A stretch of 64,000 nt of DNA from Candidatus Omnitrophota bacterium (GTDB lineage: Bacteria; Omnitrophota; Gorgyraeia; Gygaellales; Profunditerraquicolaceae), in assembly GCA_041650835.1 (NCBI GenBank), contig JBAZKL010000001.1, positions 101,094 to 165,093 of the forward strand. Reading direction: 5' to 3'. Below are positions 9,200 to 18,121 of this stretch, piece by piece. The first letter of the stretch is position 1, and each line of letters begins with the position of its first letter. Under the pieces are notes generated by a model. The model did not search any database and had not been told where the DNA came from. It worked only from the letters and a program-made list of their open reading frames with translations. Both the position numbers and the translations under genes were made by a program.

Positions 9200-11266
9200 T
9201 CATTCCCCCGCCTGTTTGTCTCGAAGAGACTTAGATACGGCATTCGCGTTTAAGGGAATCGCCTGTTTTATTGCGGAAACGGGTAAATCGACTTGAATTT
9301 CTGTTCCCTTACCGGTTTTGCTTTCAACACGCATTGAACCCGCATGCAAAGTTACTACTTGCAGGCACACCGGCAAACCCAGCCCGGTGCCTTTTGGTTT
9401 AGTGCTGAAAAACGGTTCAAAAACCTTACCCAAAGCGTCTTCATCAATACCAACGCCATTATCCTTAAACGAGATCTTGATCAGAGTTTGATCATTACAG
9501 ATCCCGACCTCTATCCTGCCTCCCCGGGCCGGCAGGGCGTCGGCAGCATTATTGAGTATGTTATAAAAAACTTCTTTCATCTGCAACGGGTCAACCTCAG
9601 CCGTAACCGGATTTAACGCTCCGAACGATCTTTTAACAATGATCTCTTTCTTGACCTGATTAAGGGTCTGGTCTATGCATTCATTCAAGAGAGCGCAGAT
9701 ATCGATCTTTTCATAGACCGGAGGCCTGAGCTTGGAATAAAATAAAAGGTTATTTATTATCGAGTCGCTTTCAGCGATCTTTTTCTCTATATTTTGCAAA
9801 TTCTTCAGCAATGACTCATCCCGGGTCTTTCTTTTGATATTAGACGTAGCTAAAGCTATCGTGGACAACGGATTCCTCAGTTCATGCGCCACTGTCGCCG
9901 CCAGGGTCCCGATATCAGCAAGCCGCTTAGCCCTATCCAATTCCTGCTGCCTCAAACTTAGCTCTGTATGCGCCGTGATAAGCTTGGCCTGCGCGTGTTT
10001 TCGTTCGGTAATATCCTGAAAAACCACGACTTTTCCTACAAACATACCCGCTTCCATTATCGGTGTCCTGCTATATTCCACAGGGAAACACGTCGCGTCT
10101 TTTTTCCAGAATACTTCATCATTTACGAATGTGACCAGGTCGCCTTTATGGGTTTGATGTATTGGACAGGTACTTTCAAGATAAGGCTCGCCCCCTGCTT
10201 TAGAGTGGTGCCAGATCTCATGGCTCTTCTTACCGATAAGCTCCTCTGCTTTATACCCCAGCATTCTCGCGGCCGCGGGGTTGACAAAGGTATGCCTGCC
10301 GTTTAAATCCAACCCGATGATCCCGTCCGCCACAGAATCTAAGATCAATTTATTCTGGTATTGCAGCCATTCAGCCAGCCCCCTTGCTTTCAGCCGTTCC
10401 CCTTCTGCCCGGTCAAGAGTGGCAGCGATACCCCTGGACACCTGGAATACGATAATACAAGCGATGGCCATAAAACCAGCCGTGGTAAACATTGAAAAAA
10501 ACGCGTAGTTCATCGTGAACCACGCCGGCATTATCCTGTAAATAAGGCTATGCGTGAGAGCCGCGATAAAAATTATCGGAAAGAACGCGCGTAACAGAAT
10601 GGCATAAGCAGATGTGCCGCTGAGCGGCCTTAAAGGAAAATGCTCCCGGCCAAAAGCGCAGATCAAACCCACCGACAAGAACAAAAATGCCAAAGAGCTG
10701 CTAAAGGCCATGGGAATGATCCTGCCTCCCTGGAACATCGGCACATCGTAAGAATATCCCAGCAGCATCGTCAGAGCAATAAACATAACGAGAATAACCA
10801 GCCATCCCGGCACATCTTTAAAAACGGACTTTTTCCTTAAAAACAAAAACATAAGCACCGCACAACCTGTCAGAAAAAATGCCACCGTAGTGACCGGGGA
10901 CATACGCCTGTACAAATTGAATTCTTCCCAATAGAGATGTCCGTAGGTGAATATTTTATCCAACCTTAAATCCAGCCTCATAAAAAGCTCAATCATCCTT
11001 AAGGCGCTAAAGATCATAACCGGTACGCAGGCAGATATTATATAAACCCTGCTCACCTTGAACTTCGGGGAAGACAATATAAGACACAGGCAAGCACCAC
11101 ACAACACAAATCCTAAAGCAGTGCTTGCTCCCATCGGCTTATAACCTAACCCTAAAGCGGTAAAAAGAGTAAGGTCAGACAGCCAGTCGACGACCCCCAA
11201 AACGCCGATGGAGAGAACAATTACGCAGCAAAAAAATCCTGCCTGTTTAAGAATACTTTCTTTCAT
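9200..11266 (-). CDS. Sensor histidine kinase (multi-TM N-terminal sensor, PAS, HisKA, HATPase_c)
   Basis: ATVAHELRNPLSTI H-box and N/G1/G2 boxes. About 8 TM helices N-terminally and a PAS between TM region and kinase core. Confidence 0.85.
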   Translation of the reverse strand: MKESILKQAGFFCCVIVLSIGVLGVVDWLSDLTLFTALGLGYKPMGASTALGFVLCGACLCLILSSPKFKVSRVYIISACVPVMIFSALRMIELFMRLDLRLDKIFTYGHLYWEEFNLYRRMSPVTTVAFFLTGCAVLMFLFLRKKSVFKDVPGWLVILVMFIALTMLLGYSYDVPMFQGGRIIPMAFSSSLAFLFLSVGLICAFGREHFPLRPLSGTSAYAILLRAFFPIIFIAALTHSLIYRIMPAWFTMNYAFFSMFTTAGFMAIACIIVFQVSRGIAATLDRAEGERLKARGLAEWLQYQNKLILDSVADGIIGLDLNGRHTFVNPAAARMLGYKAEELIGKKSHEIWHHSKAGGEPYLESTCPIHQTHKGDLVTFVNDEVFWKKDATCFPVEYSRTPIMEAGMFVGKVVVFQDITERKHAQAKLITAHTELSLRQQELDRAKRLADIGTLAATVAHELRNPLSTIALATSNIKRKTRDESLLKNLQNIEKKIAESDSIINNLLFYSKLRPPVYEKIDICALLNECIDQTLNQVKKEIIVKRSFGALNPVTAEVDPLQMKEVFYNILNNAADALPARGGRIEVGICNDQTLIKISFKDNGVGIDEDALGKVFEPFFSTKPKGTGLGLPVCLQVVTLHAGSMRVESKTGKGTEIQVDLPVSAIKQAIPLNANAVSKSLRDKQAGE

Positions 11267-11280
11267 ATAAGCCGCTTAAA

Positions 11281-11306
11281 AATTAAAAACCAGGCAAATG
11301 CCTGGC
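11281..11306 (-). terminator. Rho-independent terminator
   Basis: Sense-strand hairpin CCAGGCATTTGCCTGG followed by a U-run, ~100 nt after the stop of the 11413 gene. Confidence 0.55.
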
Positions 11307-11412
11307 CTTGTAGAGATGAACAAATGTTGCGATTTAACCTCATTGCGTACTTCCCTGCGCATGATCATATTTTACAGCGCAAGGAAGTATTGTCAAAGGA
11401 AATATCCCCTCT

Positions 11413-12126
11413 CTATAATTGGGATCCGGAAAGGAGTTCTCTGGTCCCGTGCTTATCTTGAATATATACTTCAGGGACAAATTCAACCGAGTTAGGGATA
11501 AGCTCATCCATAACTTTTTTTATTCGCGCCTGCTGTGTTTGGTTTTGAGGGTCAAAGATAGGATTAAGGCTCAGATCGTTCAATAAAAGTATGACCGGGA
11601 CACGCGAAAAGGTATAATCCTTCAAAAGCTGCTTGATAAGAAGATCCAGGTACTCCGCTTTATCTTTAAACACATCCACAGCGGTTTTAAAATTGATCTT
11701 TCCCCAATCCTCATCGATCTTTTTATGGATGAGCGCGTAAACGGAAGAATATTTAAGCAATGCGGCCTTCCCGGGAGACAATCTCCCGGCCTCATTTATA
11801 ATAACGCCGGTCAGTTCGGAATGTTTAAATGATTTAATTTCCCTGTAAATATCAATGGCGAGAAGGTCAAAGATATAAACGCCTCGCACGCTGGAGGTGG
11901 CATCAATGGTGCTGCGCTTTACAAAATCCTCAACCGCGTCCCAGAGGAGTATTTCATCGTTTCGAATAAAATTCAGCGCCAGGAAATCGCAAGGCTGATC
12001 TTCGCGCAGCGCCCTGTATTGGCGGACTTTCCCTTCACTAAAGCCGGAATAAGTTATTTCGGCAAACCGCGGCATATGGCGAAAAATACTTGAATCCTGG
12101 AAACCGGAATCGATTAAATTCAACAT
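11413..12126 (-). CDS. Hypothetical protein
   Basis: 237-aa ORF with no recognisable motif. Confidence 0.4.
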   Translation of the reverse strand: MLNLIDSGFQDSSIFRHMPRFAEITYSGFSEGKVRQYRALREDQPCDFLALNFIRNDEILLWDAVEDFVKRSTIDATSSVRGVYIFDLLAIDIYREIKSFKHSELTGVIINEAGRLSPGKAALLKYSSVYALIHKKIDEDWGKINFKTAVDVFKDKAEYLDLLIKQLLKDYTFSRVPVILLLNDLSLNPIFDPQNQTQQARIKKVMDELIPNSVEFVPEVYIQDKHGTRELLSGSQL

Positions 12127-12195
12127 AGATATGCTATTTACCGTTATTTCAAATCATATTAAATAATTAAACGTTGTTTTACCGGAATTTACTGC

Positions 12196-12375
12196 TTATT
12201 TCATGAATAATTCAGCTATTTTCTTCTCGATCAATAGTACATGCTTTTCTTCTTCATTGATCAGAAAATAGAACAGGTCTTTCAAGGCAGGATGCTGAAT
12301 CAGCAATTTTTTGTAGACTTCTACCGCGTCTTTTTCTTTTGATAAAGCTAATTTCAAAGCATCAATTGTATCCAT
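12196..12375 (-). CDS. Small ferritin-like/rubrerythrin-type helical protein (59 aa)
   Basis: Start reassigned to MDTIDALK... (RBS AGGGGGGAGA). The listed ORF's N-terminal 41 aa run through a repeat element and give the same FLLHPTLKS artefact as the ORF at 55546. Confidence 0.45.
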   Translation of the reverse strand: MDTIDALKLALSKEKDAVEVYKKLLIQHPALKDLFYFLINEEEKHVLLIEKKIAELFMK

Positions 12376-12386
12376 TCTCCCCCCTT

Positions 12387-12497
12387 GCGCCAGAAAGGCG
12401 CATACCAACGCAATTCCGCGGCAGAAAGCCGCGTACCGGCGCAATTCCAATCTGCGCCGGGTGCTTTTAAGCGTTGGGTGAAGCAGAAAGCGAAACA
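12387..12497. repeat. Structured repeat element, family B, copy 1 (GCAGAAAGC-containing hairpins)
   Basis: 34-nt identity (ACCAACGCAATTCCGCGGCAGAAAGCCGCGTACC) and further blocks shared with 55437-55622. Lies between the rsmH stop and the small ferritin-like gene start. Confidence 0.7.
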
Positions 12498-12577
12498 TCT
12501 AACATAATTATATCACGACAAAAAAAGTATGGAACAATTCTTTACCGCAGAAGTGATCCGAAGTTAAGAACGCGATC

Positions 12578-13654
12578 TTATTCCCCTTGTTTTTGCGAAG
12601 AGCGCGCCGCCCAACGTAAGATGGCACTTTTGGAGCGCGGGTTATCAAAACATTCCTGAGGCATCGGCCGTATCGGCTCGCGGCAAATATCGGAATAGAT
12701 CCCTGCTTCCAATCCTGCCTGAAAAAACTTCACTACCCTCTTCTCTTCACCGGAATGAAAGGTTAAAACCGCCGCTCGGCCATTGGGTTTAAGGCATAGC
12801 GGCAGATTCCTTAAAAACTGCTCCAACGCCGAGAACTCGTCGTTAACCTCAATGCGTAAAGCCTGGAAAGTTCGACGGATCGAAGTAGTTATTTCTTTAC
12901 GGGAATCGGTACGAGCGATAGGAGCCAACGCTTCTTTTACGGTATCCGCCAACGCCGTAGTTGTAGAGATTTTACGGCAGTTCTTGTGGATCGCCCTGGC
13001 GATCTCTTTCGCGTAGGGTTCATCGGAATTATCAAAAAGCACTTTTTCCAGGGCTTTTTCGGAAATTCTCTTGATCAAAGCTGAGGCTGGTTGGCCGCGT
13101 TGGGGATTAAACCGTAAATCAAGCGGCCCTTCCCTTTTAAAGGTAAAGCCCCGCTCAGGATTATCCAATTGCATTGACGAAACGCCCAGATCAGCCAAAA
13201 TGAAATCAAACCCGCCGCCGGCGTCGGCAAGTATCTTGGGAATACCGGCAAAATTGATCTGTCGCAGGATAAGTTCTTTATCGGTAAAACCCAAAGCACG
13301 CAGCCGCGCTTGGGTACGCGTTAACTCGATAGGGTCAACATCGATGCCAAAAAGACGGCCGCCGGGGATAATGCGCTCAAGAAGCGCCTCTGCATGCCCG
13401 CCGAACCCCAAGGTAGCATCCAAACCTGTCTCACCGGGTTTAGGGTCAAGGACTTGTAAGATTTCTTTAACGCAGATCGATCGATGCATCCCGGCAGGCG
13501 TTTTCCCGCTCTTAATGATCTTCTTGATATCATCAGCGTATTTTTCCGGATTGAGTTCCTTGTACTTTTCGTCAAAGCGGCGGGGATGCGTGCCCTTATA
13601 GCGCACGCGCCGTTTTCGTTTCAAAGTTTCATTGTTTAAAACGGTATTTTCCAT
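12578..13654 (-). CDS. rsmH: 16S rRNA (cytosine1402-N4)-methyltransferase RsmH
   Basis: HRSICVKEIL...GLDATLGFGGHAEAL...FGIDVDP motifs. Start uncertain: the conserved core begins at M 13489, and the listed ORF start at 13738 would overlap the mazG-like gene. Confidence 0.8.
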   Translation of the reverse strand: MENTVLNNETLKRKRRVRYKGTHPRRFDEKYKELNPEKYADDIKKIIKSGKTPAGMHRSICVKEILQVLDPKPGETGLDATLGFGGHAEALLERIIPGGRLFGIDVDPIELTRTQARLRALGFTDKELILRQINFAGIPKILADAGGGFDFILADLGVSSMQLDNPERGFTFKREGPLDLRFNPQRGQPASALIKRISEKALEKVLFDNSDEPYAKEIARAIHKNCRKISTTTALADTVKEALAPIARTDSRKEITTSIRRTFQALRIEVNDEFSALEQFLRNLPLCLKPNGRAAVLTFHSGEEKRVVKFFQAGLEAGIYSDICREPIRPMPQECFDNPRSKSAILRWAARSSQKQGE

Positions 13655-13694
13655 AAATAAAAATAAAGCAAAAAAGATATCCCCGGGTAAAGCC

Positions 13695-14042
13695 TCATAA
13701 TTTATTGTACTTTGTATGTTTGCCCCTGGCTTTTTCAACCGGGTACTTTAATTCATTTTTCTCAAGCTTTTCTTCCATCGCGCTCATTAGATTTATTCCA
13801 AGATTATCAGCCAACTCAAAAAGATATAAAGCAATATCGGCAATTTCGTCTTTGATCTCGCCATGGCTTTGCTTTGTGTATCTCTCCACTTCCTCAGCAG
13901 TCTTCCATTGAAAATGCTCAAGAAGTTCAGAGGCTTCAAGGATCAATGAAACAGCCATATTTTTAGGATCGTGGAATTGCATCCAGTCGCGTTCATCCCT
14001 GAATTTTTTTATTTTATCTGTAATTAATTTAACTTCGCTCAT
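13695..14042 (-). CDS. MazG-like nucleotide pyrophosphohydrolase
   Basis: FRDERDWMQFHDPKN...E.SELLEHFQW...EIADIALYL signature of the MazG NTP-PPase domain. Confidence 0.8.
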   Translation of the reverse strand: MSEVKLITDKIKKFRDERDWMQFHDPKNMAVSLILEASELLEHFQWKTAEEVERYTKQSHGEIKDEIADIALYLFELADNLGINLMSAMEEKLEKNELKYPVEKARGKHTKYNKL

Positions 14043-14365
14043 AATATCCTCCCAAATTAAAAAACCGGATCTCCCCCCCTGACCCGGCTTGTTTAATGCT
14101 TATTATTGCGTAAAATCGCGTTCATAACGCCTCTTATGCTTTCGTCGTAATTGTATATAAGTATACAACTTTTGGGCCTGGATGACAAGGAGGATTTAGA
14201 AAACACCTATAATGTTTTGATTCCCGCTTATAGCTATGTAAGAGACCGGGAATGACGCCCCACTTGTCATGCCCGCGAGTTTACTCGGCTCTAAACGGGC
14301 ATCTAAAAAGCATAGATCCCCGCTTAAAGCATGCGGGGATGACAGACGAGAAAAACGGGAATGAT

Positions 14366-14530
14366 TATATAAATTTTAAAGGTTAAAAATCAAATAACAA
14401 AAGAAATTCAAAGAATAAAGATCAAATTTTAAAATTACCTGCGGTAGGCAGTAACCTTATACCTTTAACCTTCCTTTGTTATTTATACTTTAGACTTTAT
14501 CATTAACGCTATATAACCTAACTACTTAAC
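14366..14530. repeat. Palindromic MITE-like intergenic element, family A, copy 1
   Basis: About 85-90% identical to 16544-16715. Inverted arms AAATAACAAAGGAA.../...TTCCTTTGTTATTT around a CTGC-GGTA-GGCAG core. Confidence 0.75.
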
Positions 14531-14610
14531 CTAACAACCAAACTAACAGCTTAACCTTTACCTTAACCTAAAAACCGGTCTATCTATTTTAAGACCTGGT
14601 CTTGTGAATT

Positions 14611-16503
14611 CTATTCAGCTAATTCTTCGAGGTGTTCCCAGCGTTGGTAGGCTTTTTGGAGTTCGTCGGAAAGGGCTGCGGAGCGCTTTTTGACGCGCTC
14701 AACTTCCCCGGGGTCGCCCTGGTAAAAGTTAAAATCCGCTAACAATTTATAGAGCTCTTCCTGCTCATTTTCTAATTTCTCGATCTTTAACGGAAGTGCG
14801 TCTAATTCTTTCTGCTCTTTGAAGGTAAGCTTACGAGGGACAACAGGTTTCTTCTTTTTTACAGGCTCAAGTCTTTCCTTTGTTTTCGGAGGTTCAAGGC
14901 GCGCTGCCGGCTTACGCTGGCTTAACCAGTCGTCATAGCCGCCGGGATATTCGTTGATCTCACCCGCTCCTTCCATCACGATGGTCGAGGTAACTACATT
15001 ATTCAGAAATGCCCGGTCATGACTGACTAAAATAATTGTTCCCGGATAATCAAGGAGTAACTCTTCCAAGAGCTCCAGCGTCTCAATATCCAGGTCATTG
15101 GTCGGTTCATCCATCACCAAAACATTCGAAGGCTTGGAAAATAGTCGAGCCAGGAACAAGCGATTTCGCTCGCCTCCGGACAAAACTTTTACCTGTGTCA
15201 GGCTGCGTTCAGGGGCAAAAAGAAATTCCTGCAAATATCCCAGAACGTGTTTAGGCTTGCCGTTAATGATAACGGTGTCGCCCGCGTTATTTACATTCTC
15301 CGCTACAGTCTTATCTTCATCCAACTGCTCGCGCAGTTGGTCGTAATAGGCAACCTCGAGATTAGTGCCCAGAGTAACTGTTCCCCGTTGAGGCGCCAGC
15401 TTCCCCATTAAAATACGCAGTAAAGTAGTCTTGCCGCTGCCGTTAGGCCCGATCAGCCCGATCTTATCCCCGCGCGTGATCTGGGTCGAGAAATCTTTGA
15501 TCAAACATTTCTCATCGTAACTAAACCCCAGTTGGAACGCCTTGATCACGCGGTGGCCGGAAAGAATCGAGTTTTGCGCGCGCATACGGACTTGGCCTTC
15601 CTGCTTGCGCTGGGTCTTCTTCTCTTCCCGTAAGTGCTCCAGGGCCTTGACGCGTCCTTCATTGCGGCAGCGCCTGGCTTTAACACCCCGGCGGATCCAA
15701 ATTTCTTCTTCGGCTAATTTCTTATCAAAATGCCCCCAGGCTGCTTCGTCAATATCGAGCGCCGCTTGTTTACGCTCTAAAAAAGTCTTGTAATCGCATG
15801 CCCAGCTATAGATCCTGCCCCGGTCAAGTTCAATGATCCTGGTAGCTAAATGCGTCATGAACATCCGGTCATGGGTGACAAAGAAAACCGTGCCCGGATA
15901 ATTTGAAAGGAATTCCTCCAGCCAATTGATAGAATCGATATCCAAATGGTTGGTCGGTTCATCCAAAAGCAATACTTCAGGTTTTATCACCAGTGCCCTT
16001 GCTAACAGCACGCGGCGCTTCTGGCCGCCGGAAAGGCTCTCGAAATCACTCTCCCCGTCGAGCTTCATGCGGGTGATCACATTCTCAACATGGTTATTCA
16101 CATCCCAGGAATTGGTATGATCCAACTCGGCTTGCAGGACGTCCAGCTGTTTTAATAATTCCGGGGTATGTTCCGTATGAAGCCGGTGAGTGAGCGCGTG
16201 ATATTTGCTTAAAAGTACCGCGCGTTCCCCTAAACCGGAGAGGACGATATCATAGACGCTTCCTTTCATATCGACAGGGACTTCCTGCGGCAGGTGCGTG
16301 ACTTGTATTCCTTTTTGAAAAATAACTTCTCCGTCATCAACTGCCAATTGTCCGGCCATCACCTTCATCAAGGTGGTTTTACCCGCGCCGTTCCTGCCAA
16401 GCAGGGCAACACGCTCGCCCGGTTCAAGCTGAAAGCTTAAACCGTCAAAAATAAGCGGGCCGCTGAATTTTAAGGTAATTTCCTGCAAACTGATCAAGGC
16501 CAT
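14611..16503 (-). CDS. ABC-F family ATPase (Uup/EttA-like, two ABC domains plus C-terminal coiled coil)
   Basis: Two Walker A (GRNGAGKTT, GPNGSGKTT) and two signature motifs (LSGGQKRR, LSGGERNR). No TM domain. Confidence 0.9.
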   Translation of the reverse strand: MALISLQEITLKFSGPLIFDGLSFQLEPGERVALLGRNGAGKTTLMKVMAGQLAVDDGEVIFQKGIQVTHLPQEVPVDMKGSVYDIVLSGLGERAVLLSKYHALTHRLHTEHTPELLKQLDVLQAELDHTNSWDVNNHVENVITRMKLDGESDFESLSGGQKRRVLLARALVIKPEVLLLDEPTNHLDIDSINWLEEFLSNYPGTVFFVTHDRMFMTHLATRIIELDRGRIYSWACDYKTFLERKQAALDIDEAAWGHFDKKLAEEEIWIRRGVKARRCRNEGRVKALEHLREEKKTQRKQEGQVRMRAQNSILSGHRVIKAFQLGFSYDEKCLIKDFSTQITRGDKIGLIGPNGSGKTTLLRILMGKLAPQRGTVTLGTNLEVAYYDQLREQLDEDKTVAENVNNAGDTVIINGKPKHVLGYLQEFLFAPERSLTQVKVLSGGERNRLFLARLFSKPSNVLVMDEPTNDLDIETLELLEELLLDYPGTIILVSHDRAFLNNVVTSTIVMEGAGEINEYPGGYDDWLSQRKPAARLEPPKTKERLEPVKKKKPVVPRKLTFKEQKELDALPLKIEKLENEQEELYKLLADFNFYQGDPGEVERVKKRSAALSDELQKAYQRWEHLEELAE

Positions 16504-16543
16504 AATTCTTTACAATATTGTACTTAAAAGATTAATGACATGA

Positions 16544-16715
16544 CTATAAAAATTTTAAAGTTTAAAGGCTAAATAACAAAGGAAATTCAAAGAATAAAGG
16601 TTAAATCTTAAAATTTCCTACCTGCCGGTAGGCAGGAACCTTATACCTTTAACCTTCCTTTATTATTTAGACTTTAGACTTTATCATTAACGCTATATAA
16701 CCTAACTACTTTACC
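16544..16715. repeat. Palindromic MITE-like intergenic element, family A, copy 2
   Basis: Arms TAAAGGCTAAATAACAAAGGAA / TTCCTTTATTATTTAGACTTTAG. Central hairpin CCTGCCGGTAGGCAGG. Confidence 0.75.
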
Positions 16716-16806
16716 TTAACCTGTCAACTGATCTAACACGGATTCCCGCGTAAAATAGCAAGGCCCGGGATCTCGAAAGATACCGGGCCCTGTTTGAAAC
16801 TCAAGA

Positions 16807-17007
16807 TTATAACTTGACTACATTAGTAGCCTGCTCGCCTTTAGGGCCTTGTTCGATATCGAACTCAACCTGAGCGCCTTCAGCTAAAGATTTATAGCCA
16901 TCGCCCTTGATAGCGGAATGATGTACGAATACATCTTTGCCGTTTTCAGGTGTGACAAATCCATAACCTTTTTGATCATTGAACCACTTTACTATTCCTT
17001 TTGCCAT
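16807..17007 (-). CDS. csp: Cold-shock protein (CspA family)
   Basis: [15 protein letters not shown]...VFVHHSAI motifs with AGGAGG RBS. Confidence 0.9.
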   Translation of the reverse strand: MAKGIVKWFNDQKGYGFVTPENGKDVFVHHSAIKGDGYKSLAEGAQVEFDIEQGPKGEQATNVVKL

Positions 17008-17178
17008 TGCTTGTACCTCCTTTTCTCTATATTTAGTAACTTGTTAGAAATCGTTATCATCTTTACCTGCTAGACTTTAGACTTCTAACGGGACAAACAA
17101 TGACAAACACCATGTTGCTGCTGACTTACACCCCGCGCTGATTGGAAATTGCGCGGGTGTGCTGCTTTCCGCAGCAAC

Positions 17179-17245
17179 AAAAAACCGTAAGGTCAGTTAT
17201 CCTTTCCTTACGGCTAAGACTTCTAATCTTTTACTGTTTTTTAGT
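17179..17245 (-). terminator. Hairpin + U6 terminator-like module (second copy of the csp-associated module)
   Basis: CCGTAAGG...CCTTACGG hairpin, then TTTTTT on the sense strand. Preceded by the AAGATTAGAAGTCTT block shared with 5158-5235. Confidence 0.55.
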
Positions 17246-17285
17246 ATACCACTAATGCGTTTTTTGTCAAGGGTTATTATATAAA

Positions 17286-17415
17286 GTCTAAAGTTTAAAG
17301 ACTAAATAACAAAGGAAGCTCAAAGACTAAAGATTAAATTTTAAAATTACGCCTTAAACCTTTGACCTTACTTTGTTATTTAAACTTTAGCCTTTAGACT
17401 TAACTCTCTATCTCT
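17286..17415. repeat. Palindromic MITE-like element, family A, copy 3 (shorter and diverged)
   Basis: TAAAGACTAAATAACAAAGGAAG...CTTACTTTGTTATTTAAACTTTAGCC arms. Lacks the central GGTA hairpin. Confidence 0.6.
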
Positions 17416-17425
17416 CATTAAAAAG

Positions 17426-18112
17426 CTACTTCGCTGACTCGTTCTTTATCCTGCCGATGAGCCGCAGGAACCCATCAAGGATCGTCAAGGGATGCGGCGG
17501 ACACCCCGGAATATAAAGATCTACAGGAACAAGTCCCTCCAATCCCCGGGACGATTCAGGCCCGTCGACAAAAACGCCTCCGGATATCGCGCAGGCGCCG
17601 ACCGCGATCACGATCTTTGGTTCAGGGATCGCCTCATATGTTTTTATCAACGCGTCCTTCATATTGCGCGGCAGAGGCCCCGTGACCACGATCCCGTCGG
17701 CATGGCGCGGTGAGGCCACAAACTGTATCCCGAACCGGCTCAAATCAAAGACCGGAGTATTCAAGACGTTAATATCCGATTCACAGGCATTGCATCCTCC
17801 GGCGGATACTTGCCGCAGTTTCAGCGACCGGCCGAAAAGCTTACGGATATCTTCCTTCAAAGCGCGCGCCAAGGCATACTCATCGCCTTTAAGGAGAAGA
17901 GCGCCGCGGTTGGATACGGCCATCCGGAAATCAGTAGAGTATTGAATACCGCCATCCGGAACAAATGTAATCGCCCCCGCGTCAATACCGGGCCCCTGCC
18001 CGGCGATGATCGGCCGGCCGCGGTAGCGCGCAGGCAAAACCGGCAGCTTACCTTTCGGGAAGCGCAATGTCCGGCGGCCTTGTCTAATACGCGTGAGAAT
18101 GATTTTCAGCAT
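17426..18112 (-). CDS. NuoB/HycG-like small subunit of a group-4 energy-converting hydrogenase-type complex
   Basis: GGCNACE, PRHADGIVVTGP and YIPGCPP motifs, plus an ~85-aa N-terminal extension. Confidence 0.8.
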   Translation of the reverse strand: MLKIILTRIRQGRRTLRFPKGKLPVLPARYRGRPIIAGQGPGIDAGAITFVPDGGIQYSTDFRMAVSNRGALLLKGDEYALARALKEDIRKLFGRSLKLRQVSAGGCNACESDINVLNTPVFDLSRFGIQFVASPRHADGIVVTGPLPRNMKDALIKTYEAIPEPKIVIAVGACAISGGVFVDGPESSRGLEGLVPVDLYIPGCPPHPLTILDGFLRLIGRIKNESAK

Positions 18113-18121
18113 ACGGATCCT

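Noticed and set aside
12376-12498. N-terminal 41-aa extension of ORF 12196..12498 (MFRFLLHPTLKS...)
   Set aside because: Encoded by repeat element B. The identical peptide FLLHPTLKST appears at the C-terminus of ORF 55546..56205, which also reads through the repeat. The true start is the RBS-preceded ATG at 12375.
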